Source: Eledone cirrhosa (lineage: Eukaryota). From it: 64,000 nucleotides of DNA. The notes under the pieces were generated by a model that did not search any database, was not told where the DNA came from, and saw only the letters and a program-made list of their open reading frames with translations. Both the position numbers and the translations under genes were made by a program. Below, in pieces: positions 53,832 to 64,000 of the stretch. Where the stretch lies: assembly GCA_964016885.1 (NCBI GenBank), contig OZ024758.1, positions 18,042,001-18,106,000 of the forward strand. Reading direction: 5' to 3'. Every line of letters begins with the position of its first letter. Position 1 is the stretch's first letter.

Positions 53832-56599
53832 ATTCAAATTATTAACACAAATAGAACTTCTTGTGATCAAGTATATTTTATTATACATATTTCAGAGGTA
53901 CTGAGCTAACTTCAACAGTACGTGCTCATCAGATAAAATATGATGATGCATGACATACCCTGACTTAGTAGATGGTTAGGATCCAGTCATGGTAGTGAGT
54001 AAGATATGACAAAACTCAATATTTATACACCTTAAGATTGAGACATGAAAAAACTTACATATAATACATATAATACAGAGGGTGCGTGTGAGAAAGCTTA
54101 ACAATACATAACAGCAATTTACATAACTGTTGCAGATTCAAATAACGATTTCTTTGACGAAGTTGTGTAATAGTAGAATTTACTTGAATTCTTCAATATC
54201 ATTAACTGCAACCTCTGTACCATGGAGACCCTATTAATAATTACTAATTATGAAAATTTAATTAACCAAAAAAGTGAATTATTCTCAAACTGCCTTCATA
54301 AAGCTTTGTCTACATTCCAAGCCTCGCAAAAAGTCAGGAAAAAACACTAAATAAACACGTTCTAATTTTTGACATCTCTTATCAACTGTGTACCTAAAAC
54401 GTTATAGCAGATTATAAAACTTTAATAATTTTTTTATTTTTTTTATTCATTTATGACATGATTAATGTTAGATTAAAGGGTCCTATATAGGTATATAAAC
54501 ATATTATTTGTTAACATGATCTCTTGATGAATGTGCATATCATTTGATTATTTAGATATATTTAATTTAGATTAGGATTCTTGTATATATATTTTTTAAA
54601 TATAAGGCTTATATGCTTAACAGTTATAATGAACCGTAAATCATTCATCCATTTATGTTTTTGTATATTTATTCATTTGGAGTATGTTTTACGTTTCAGG
54701 AGGTTTGATTTATATATTTTAAATTATATATATTTATGGTATATGCGTCACACGCGATACTAGTCGACAAACCTTTTTTTCCACTTAACTTGATGTAAAA
54801 CTTCAATTATAACATTACTAACAATGATTGTACTTATGATTTCTTATATGTATATCGATTACTAATATCTGGAATACTCTCTCTATATATATATTTGAAC
54901 AAATCTGTATATCTAGTATAATAACATGCTTCTAGTTACATTTATAAGTAATATACTTTAATGACTTTCTAGTGTTATAATCGTTAAATATTTTCTAAAT
55001 ATTTTCTAAATTTTCTAACTTATATAACGATTATGAGTTAATTTAATTTAATTAAATTCGGGTTACCTTCGGGTCAATGAAATCCTTAGGTTTTCTCTTT
55101 CTCATGTTTGCAGACTCATTAAAAACATTTCTCATGTTTGCAGACTCTTTAAACATTTTTAATTTTATTTTTAAACTATATAGCTTGGATATTGGGCACT
55201 TTTAAGATAGGCAAACAATTCACAGTTTTATTTTGAATCTGGTTCTTATCGTTATGATTCATGAAGTTTGACTTGTATATTTATAGTATATATGTATTAC
55301 CTGATCCTATTATAATAATTGATCTAAAACCTTAATTTTTAACAATATTATCAGTAACTTATTTATTGTATTATATTATGTCATATGTAACTGATAGGTA
55401 TCATCTTAATCTTGAGACAATATAATCTTTGTTTATATTTATACAAATGCATATATCTAATGTAATAATACACTTTTTTAAAAGTTTAATTATAAGGCCT
55501 TTAGTTGCTTTAAAGCATTTTAACTGTTAATCTTAATTTTTAAAATGATAACTGTAATTATTTTATAAATTATATAATGTGAATTATTTTCAATATAATA
55601 TAAATAATTAAATATAATATAATAAAATTGAATAAGAATTACCTTCGTCAGGATTAAAATATTATATCTTCTTTCTCATGTTTGCAAATATATTAAATAT
55701 GATTTCATAAAATATGATTTTATAAATTAAATATGATAGTATACTTTAATATTAATACATATATTTATAAACTTTTATAGCCTGAAATATTATACACTTT
55801 GATTGATTCATTACTTTGAATTAACTTAAATGATTTGAAAGTTAACGGTCAACCGGTTACGTTTGGATAGTATATATAACTAATTAACTAGGGATTGGAA
55901 ATTAACCTTCTTATAATTACAGCCAGTTATATTTAAGATTAAGATTCAGATTGATGAATACTTCTAGATAATTCAATAATTCAAATATTCAGTTTACTCT
56001 TTCGCAAAGCTATGCCCAAATGTATAGCTCTGTATAGATATATATATAATTCACCCCTCCCTATGTTTTACACTATACAAATTATTCCTCTTTACCTCTC
56101 TCCTTGATCAATTCTCTTTTGCTATCTATACTTCTACTAGCTATATTATCCCCTCATCTGGTTTCTCTCTGTCTTTCTTTTTTCTTTCCTTTTACTTCAA
56201 TAATTTAAATAATTTGAATCTCCAACAGTTATGTAAATTACTGTTATGTATTTTTAAGCTTTCACACACGCACCCTCCGTATTATATGTATTACATATAA
56301 GTTTTCTTTTTCATGTTTCTATCTTAAGGTGTATAAATATTGAGTTTTGTCATATCTTACTCACTACGATGACTGGATCTTAACCATCTACTAAGTCAGG
56401 GTGTGTCATGCATCATCTTATTTTATCTGATGAGGACGTACTGTTGAAGTTAGCTCAGTACCTCTGTATAATAAAATATAGTTGATCACAAGAAGTTCTA
56501 TTTTTGATAATATTTTGAAAAACCATTTGTGTTGAGTGCTTCCAATCTATTGTAAAACTCATTCTTTGATTTATTCATTGAAACTTGTTTAACCTTTAA

Positions 56600-56600
<1 letters not shown>
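53832..56600 (+). mobile_element. Large fold-back element family E: ~295 bp arms (53849-54143 / 56212-56503), ~2.07 kb AT-rich core, tail 56504-56600
   Basis: Arms clearly mirrored; (TA)n flanks; direct repeat GCCAATACAGACCGAA at 53789-53804 and 56676-56691 (TSD-like). Confidence 0.88.
53875..53939 (-). ncRNA. Minimal hammerhead ribozyme, partly decayed (left arm of E)
   Basis: auuuuau-CUGAUGA-gcacguacug...caguaccucu-GAAAU(augu)AUA-auaaaau; the right-arm copy (56420-56477) has lost GAAA. Confidence 0.7.
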
Positions 56601-56674
<74 letters not shown>

Positions 56675-57024
56675 TGCCAATACAGACCGAATATATATAT
56701 ATATTCGGTCGGTATTGGCCGGCAGGATCACGTTTAATTGAAGAGGTCCGCCTGATGAAGTCGTTTCAATTATATGTAATATTTAAGCCATATTTCAATT
56801 AAGTATTCACAATAATGCTTATCTGTTTAATAGCCACAGTTAAATCTTCTTAATTTTAGTTTTGTGTTTATATGGCTGTCAGCCAGCATGACCAAGAATA
56901 TGTCACACGTTATTTACTTTATGAATTACTATTGTAACTTGGTGTACACATGCATACATCTATGTGTACGTCCGTCTGTCTGTGATCAAGTTTTTCTCTC
57001 ACTCTCCACACACTCACATACCTG

Positions 57025-57076
<52 letters not shown>

Positions 57077-57077
<1 letters not shown>

Positions 57078-57290
57078 GAACGATCGACTTTCGTCAAATC
57101 GGACCGAGGGAACAATGTTTCCGTTGGTCTTTCCAATTGCTAATACTATCTATCGGTCGCAACTCCAGGTAGAAGGAGCAACGTGAAATAAAGTGTCTTG
57201 CTCAAGGACATAACGCATCGCCTGATCCAGGAATCGAACTCACAACCTTACGATTGCCAATCCAATTCTCTAACCACTCAGCCACACGCC
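57077..57290 (-). mobile_element. SINE family 2, second copy
   Basis: Close reverse complement of 45933-46149; 3' end abuts (TA)n. Confidence 0.9.
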
Positions 57291-57300
57291 CATACATATT

Positions 57301-57478
57301 ATGAAGTAAAAGTGGAAATATCCAAGCGTATGGGCACTCAGTCCATATGATGACTTTAGTATAAATAATTACAACAGTGACATAAACAGGTACACATGTT
57401 ATATTGTGTTCTGGGCCCGATGAATTGGGGGCCAGACCCCAACAAATCTTGAGTAGCAGTTTATGTCACTGTTATAAT

Positions 57479-57482
<4 letters not shown>
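57301..57482. mobile_element. Fold-back mini-element family I (probable tail 57301-57364 + hairpin 57365-57482)
   Basis: ataattacaacagtgacataaac / gtttatgtcactgttataattat arms; decayed core CCGAUGA-a-uugggg(gccaga)ccccaa-CAAA near the apex. Confidence 0.65.
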
Positions 57483-57523
<41 letters not shown>

Positions 57524-57535
57524 CACACTATAAAG

Positions 57536-57714
57536 TGGTCGTGTAAGCGCCACGATAAAACGCAACCAGAACTCACTGTAAATGAGTTTGGTGTTAGGAA
57601 GAGCATCCAGCTGTATAAATCAAGCCAAAATCAGTTTAGTATGAGAAATACATGCTCACCTGACCTTACTTCGCCCCCAACAGGATAACTCGTCTAACCC
57701 ATTCTAGCATGATG
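57536..57714 (+). mobile_element. Diverged SINE body and tail
   Basis: ttggtgttaggaagagcatccagctgta domain and aacccattctagcatg tail. Confidence 0.6.
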
Positions 57715-57736
57715 ATATATATATATATATATATAT

Positions 57737-57920
57737 AAAAATAACAGATTAAAGTTTAAGCCAAGAATCGCTGCTTTCACGCTATCCCGTTAAGGGTGAA
57801 AACAGCGATTCTTTACTTAAACTTTAATCAGTTATTTTAATAAATATTGCTCTAGGGTTCTTATATATTTGATATATAATTATCCTTATCGAGCTCTCTT
57901 TGGGTTTTAGCCTTCACATT
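57737..57920 (+). mobile_element. Fold-back mini-element family C (hairpin 57737-57838 + tail)
   Basis: aaaataacagattaaagtttaag..agaatcgctg mirrored by cagcgattct..cttaaactttaatcagttatttt; tail contains tccttatcgagctctc. Confidence 0.85.
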
Positions 57921-57929
57921 AATAATTAT

Positions 57930-58133
<204 letters not shown>

Positions 58134-58918
58134 GTGTGTGTGTTTATTCCTGTCAAACTCTCACTCTTCCTCTGATAACTCGACTACTACGTTCTCACAT
58201 ATTTACATATATTTCTCCATCCTTTATTCATTCTTTCTTTGTGTCTCTATCTTTCTCTGTCCCTCCCACTTTCACTCATACATATTCTGTACCACCCTGT
58301 CTCACTTTGTGTCTGCTAATTTCACTGAAGGCCACAATTAGTGCTCTTGATTCAACAATGAAAGCTTTGTTACATACTTTTATTTCACACCAATAAGTAT
58401 TCATCTGAATCCTTCAAGTATGTGTCTTTTGTAAAGATTCTAAAAAGAATTATATTCGTATTATATTTGCTATATTTTCTTTCTCACTTTTTACTATTTT
58501 TATTAATACTTTTTATTCTCTGTTACCATTGTTGATGTAAATATGAATTCTTTCATCAAACATCTCCCTACGTTATTTTCTAACTTCAGAAATAGAACTG
58601 AAAGCTATGTTTAAGAGTCATAATTGACGAAAACCAGAATATATTTCAGGGGGATTTAGAACATGTTCTGTTATAATTTGAATATAACTTCAAGTAATAT
58701 TCTAATGCTGTGATATATATTTGATGTCCACGAGGTAAATGATAAATGATAATTGTAAAAATAATAACATGTTTTTGTTACATAGAAACAGCGTCAGAAA
58801 TATTAGCAAGACCTGTCAACTATCCCTGTCCGACGAGGAGATCTTACACGCACTTTGGTGTTAATGAGAGATGTCTTAACTTGTAAAAATGGGTATAGCT
58901 TTTATTATGTAAAATCTA

Positions 58919-59140
58919 GGGCGGTCGATTGGCAGTATTGGTAGAACGTTGGACACCATGCTTTGCAGCATAGAGTTACAGCCTTTATGATCTGGGTCCA
59001 AACCCTCCAAGTTTAGCATTGTCTTTCATCCTTACGAACAAGGTTGATAAAATAAATTAACAGTAATGCACTGAGGTCAATTTAATCGACATTCCCTTGC
59101 CCCAACATTGCTGACCTTATGTCTATATTAGAAATCATTA
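58919..59140 (+). mobile_element. SINE family 1 (diverged)
   Basis: Head, core and tail recognisable. Confidence 0.85.
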
Positions 59141-59397
59141 TGTATCTCCCCATTTTGCCTCATTTCTCCTCGTTTTGGAGCACTTTCTATCATGGTACTC
59201 CCTGTTTGGGTTTTTTGAGGTTGGCAGGTCTGTTTTAGCGGTGGTGCTGACAATTATATTGAGATTAGTACTTGGGGACTTGGGGGATTACATGACTTTG
59301 TGGACCACAAAAGGTTAAATGTCAATGGAATTTCAGATGAAGAGATGGAACCAATTCTCTCCATTGTTCTAAAGATTCTACTGACACCCCGTTGATA

Positions 59398-59482
<85 letters not shown>

Positions 59483-59485
<3 letters not shown>

Positions 59486-59606
59486 ATTTCCTTTGAATGA
59501 AATAGCTCGTGTCCTGTAGAAGCCATTTCTACATCAAATATTTATACTCTGCTATATATTGAGTACCTTACTTAATGTGGTTACCCCCAATTGAACCCGG
59601 GATACA
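59483..59606 (+). mobile_element. Family B single arm + tail
   Basis: gaatgaaatagctcgtgtcctgtagaa...tatactctgctatatattgagtaccttactta..gtggttacc..aacccgg is the reverse complement of 37020-37135. Confidence 0.8.
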
Positions 59607-59720
59607 CATATCTATCAATCTATCTTTATATACATGATAATAATTCAGTATATGATAGGAATGTGCCCTGAATGACACATTCAGTGAATATTATTTATTA
59701 TAGGCATTATGAATATCTGT

Positions 59721-59990
59721 GAAGGTGCGTGGCCTAGTGGAAAATATGTTGTACTTACAATCATAATATCATGGTTTCGATTCCTTCTATGGGTTGCAAG
59801 TTGTGCTCTTGAGCAAAACATTTCATTATGCGTTGCTCCAGTATACTCCACTTAAAATGAGTAACAGCAATAGCTAGGGGTCTAACACTGTGATGGACTG
59901 GCGTCCTTTCCATGATGTATTCGTGTACTCTCGGTCGCTTCACGCCATGAAACTGGGCTACGCACCGGGCTAATGAGACTTCTGGCTTAA
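59721..59990 (+). mobile_element. SINE family 3 (tRNA head related to family 2, V-domain-like 3' part)
   Basis: gtggcctagtgg, ggtttcgattcc, cttgagcaa..cgttgctcc, then gatggactggcgtcc...gtcgcttca. Confidence 0.7.
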
Positions 59991-60140
59991 GATAGATTTA
60001 TTATGGATATCCGCATTATGTTAATATTTTTCTCTAGAAGAAAATTAACAGTTTAATTTCTTTGTAGCATTCCAGATTTCATGGCTATTGGCTTGAACAT
60101 TCTTCAACCACTGTTTGAATGTATTATTATATTTCCTAGT

Positions 60141-60333
60141 GGTGGTGGATTAGCAGTATCAGTAGAGAGACGGACGCCATGTTTTGCAGCAAAGAGTTAC
60201 GACCGTTTATGGTCTGAGTTCAAATCCCGCCGAGGTTGACTTCGTCTTTCATCCTTACTGGGTCGATAAAATAAACTACCAGAATTACACTGGAATAATT
60301 GCTGGCCTTGTGCCAAAAGTAGAAACTATTATT
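60141..60333 (+). mobile_element. SINE family 1
   Basis: Full unit. Confidence 0.9.
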
Positions 60334-61077
60334 ATATTTACTAGCAAATATGATAGTGCTTATTTAAATATATTTAAAATAAAAATCCAAAGTCTAGTAC
60401 TATTTATGAATTATTACCCAGGTAAGTGTTATGTGCACTTAAGTTACTTTCCATTTTTAGAGGAGCAAAATGCCTAATCTTTTTCGGGACGCTGCAAACT
60501 TTGGACATATGTTGGCCTGTTAAATACCATCAGTATAGTATATTCTACATACAACTACCACGAAGGTGGCATATATTTTTCGATTATCTCCTATCGATGA
60601 TTATGGCGACATATTTTATGTGCAAAGCATAAATCTTTACAGTTTCGAAAATGAAAGAAAGTGAAAGAGAGAGAAACAGAGACAAAAGTATAGAAAACAG
60701 TTTCTGCGTAATTCTGAATATTTGTAAAGTAAATAGTGAGATAGATCGCGAAATTGAGAAGAGGGAAGGGAAATGGGGCATTATGATGAATCGCAGATGA
60801 ATATCTCAATATGAAGAATGAAGTTGATAACAAAGATATTGAAGGCTGAATAATATGATCACAAAAGAAAGGCAGAATTGTGTAACAATAGGAATTCTGT
60901 TCAGAATGAAAGAATTATAAAATAACAAGATTGTTATAGGGAAGATGATAGGACAGGAGGGAGAAACAACGTATGAAAAGTTACTACTGGTTTTGTATTA
61001 CAAATAGCAACGCGCGAACATGAGAAATAAAGTGCGAGAATGTGAACAATTATGTATAAAAATTGGACATTTTTACG

Positions 61078-61407
<330 letters not shown>

Positions 61408-61421
61408 TATATATATATATA

Positions 61422-61481
61422 TAACGGAGGATAGCCGTCGAAACGGCTTGAGCTCAGCCGTCGAGGTCCTACTCGTTCCTA
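61422..61481. mobile_element. Family A minimal derivative (60 bp, both termini retained)
   Basis: taacggagga joined directly to tagccgtcgaaacggcttgagctcagccgtcgaggtcctactcgttccta. Confidence 0.8.
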
Positions 61482-61621
61482 TATATATATATATAGTAAT
61501 ATAAAAAATGTGAAGACTATATATATATATATATATATACATATATATATAAATATACATGTATATACATATATACATGTATATATACATGTACATATAT
61601 ATATATGTATATATACATATA

Positions 61622-62446
61622 TATTATATTATATTTTGAGAATAAACTCTCAGTCGTTTACAATAATTAAGCTCCAGGAAGGGGCTCTTCCGAGCAGTTA
61701 AATACATTTAAAGTATATGATAAACACGAAATGTGTTTACATTGCAACAGACAAAGTTAGCTATTAATGAAATAAACTAATAAAAGTGAATACAATTTGT
61801 CTGTCTCGATACAAGTCAATAAAGACAAGGTTATATTGGCAACTGCCATGATTCCTGGACATATTTAAATTTCAAAATTCAAACCTGTTCTGTAGACGAA
61901 TTTGAACCTCGAAACCCAAATAAGTTTCGCAATGGTGGAATGTGAATTGAAAAATAAAGAGAATCGAAATGGAATAGAAATAAAAGAGTGAAATATCCAA
62001 ATCATCTGTGCATGTCAACAGGAATCCAGTAAGATTAGTCTATCACACATCAAAAATTTTGCAGGACTGACTACACGTGGGTAGGCAGGCCAAAACAAGC
62101 TATCCCACATTCACGGTGCTAGAATTAACAGCCGCTTATGCAGGATTAAGGATCAGCTCTTACAATAAAGGAGCTATACATTATATTATATTTTGAGAAT
62201 AAACTCTCAGTCGTTTACAATAATTAAGCTCCAGGAAGGGGCTCTTCCGAGCAGTTAATACATTTAAAGTATATGATAAACAGGAAATGTGTTTACATTG
62301 CAACAGACAAAGTTAGCTATTAATGAAATAAACTAATAAAAGTGAATACAATTTGTCTGTCTCGATACAAGTCAATAAAGACAAGGTTATATTGGCATCT
62401 GTTGCAATGTAAACACATTTCGTGTTTATCATATACTTTAAATGTA
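61622..62446 (-). mobile_element. Family H: ~220 bp direct repeat (61622-61841 / 62181-62397) plus inverted partial arm (62398-62446 mirrors 62259-62307)
   Basis: Near-identical direct copies; tail 62190-62258 has gagccccttc on the minus strand; TA-rich flanks. Confidence 0.8.
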
Positions 62447-62494
62447 TATACATATATATGTATATATATGTATATATATGTATATGTATATATA

Positions 62495-62538
<44 letters not shown>

Positions 62539-62604
62539 TATATATATTATATATATATATAATATATATATATATATATTATATATATATATATAATATA
62601 TATA

Positions 62605-62671
<67 letters not shown>

Positions 62672-63084
62672 AAGTTTTATTTAAATTGTTGGGTTACAAC
62701 GAGTAAATATTTACAACTGATATAAAAGCACTCAACAAGTATTTGGAGTATATTTACGATATTAAATAAATGGAAACTATATTTATAAAACCATATTTAT
62801 TTCACTATATATATTTCAGGGATATCACATTAAAAATATGGTATGCCTTCTTCAGACAAAATACAATATAAACAGTCTTATAAATAGATAGATTTGACAT
62901 ACCTTTCAACTTCATCTTCCATTTAAAAAGTTGATTTGGTAGTGAAAAATGTTAGGGACAGTTATAAAAAGAAAGAAAGAAAAAAAGGAAAAAAGCGAAG
63001 AAAAAGAAGAAATGCATGCAACTAAATAGAGAGAGATAGATATAGAGAGATAGATAGAGAGAAGAAATTCATGTAAAGAAACAG

Positions 63085-63128
63085 AGAGAAATATATAGAG
63101 AGAGGAAAAAACACAGAGGGAGATAGAT

Positions 63129-63160
<32 letters not shown>

Positions 63161-63822
63161 AAAAATATAGATAGAGAGAAATAAAATAGGTAGTCGGGCA
63201 CCAGTTGAATGACGTATCAATGATATATTTATTTATTTATTTATTTAGTTCTAGTATTAAGGTAGAGAGAGATATATGTGGTTAGGAGAGAAAACAGCCG
63301 TTACATAGAGAGAAAAGAAAATATCCAGACATAAACGAGGCAGATTTAAAACATTATGTTTCATCAATGTAAAAATTAGGTATTATAATGTAAATATCAG
63401 TATTCATGAATGAGACACGTATCAATAATGTGTGAAAAATAATGATCATATGTCTAGTTTAAAATTCAGAGTTGAGATAAAACTGAGATAAAAAACTGAG
63501 ATAAAAAACTGAGATAAAAAAACTGAGATAAAAAACTTCAAAAAAAATTGAAATACATAAGTATATATGCACTTTCATGAAAAAAGAAAAAGAAAAAGAA
63601 AAAGAAAAAGAAAAAGAAATAGAAAAAGAAAAAGAAAAAGAAAAAGAAAAAGAAAAAGAAAATAGAAGGTTATCCCATTATTTATAATACCTAATTTTTA
63701 CATTGATGAAACATAATGTTTTAAATCTGCCTCGTTTATGTCTGGATATTTTCTTTTCTCTCTATGTAACGGCTGTTTTCTCTCCTAACCACATATATCT
63801 CTCTCTACCTTAATACTAGAAC

Positions 63823-63853
<31 letters not shown>

Positions 63854-63922
63854 ATATATCATTGATACGTCATTCAACTGGTGCCCAACTACCTATTTTA
63901 TTTCTCTCTATCTATATTTTTT

Positions 63923-63956
<34 letters not shown>

Positions 63957-64000
63957 ATCTATCTCCCTCTGTGTTTTTTCCTCTCTCTATATATTTCTCT
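63085..64000. repeat. Near-perfect inverted repeat >=300 bp (63085-63388 / 63682-window end) with a spacer of (AAAAACTGAGAT)n and (AAAAAG)n
   Basis: Arms differ mainly in (TTTA)n copy number and one or two substitutions. Confidence 0.92.

Noticed and set aside
54144-56211. Mitochondrial or viral insert inside family E
   Set aside because: AT-rich, but I found no recognisable rRNA, tRNA or protein motif; left unassigned.

Overview
AT-rich, microsatellite-saturated animal genomic DNA. The SINE repertoire resembles coleoid cephalopod (Octopus-like) repeats; this is an inference. I find no convincing host protein-coding exon, and nearly all listed ORFs are (TA)n/(CA)n/(CT)n translation artefacts. 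The window is a transposon graveyard: about 20 copies of one tRNA-headed SINE, other SINEs, a Dong/R4-type LINE stacked in a (TAA)n array, two CRE-type fragments, RTE and CR1-like remnants, two Helitrons, piggyBac-type MITEs and a U2 snRNA 5' fragment. The main signal is a Penelope-like element (PLE) system associated with (TA)n tracts. A 5'-truncated RT + GIY-YIG PLE (20069-22674) has the layout unique 3' tail + inverted terminal arms. About nine sequence-distinct families of miniature non-coding elements repeat that tail + fold-back layout, one of them clearly homologous to the coding PLE. Many carry minimal hammerhead ribozyme motifs, and the fold-back apex often falls on the hammerhead. 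All calls were made by eye; coordinates may be off by a few bases.
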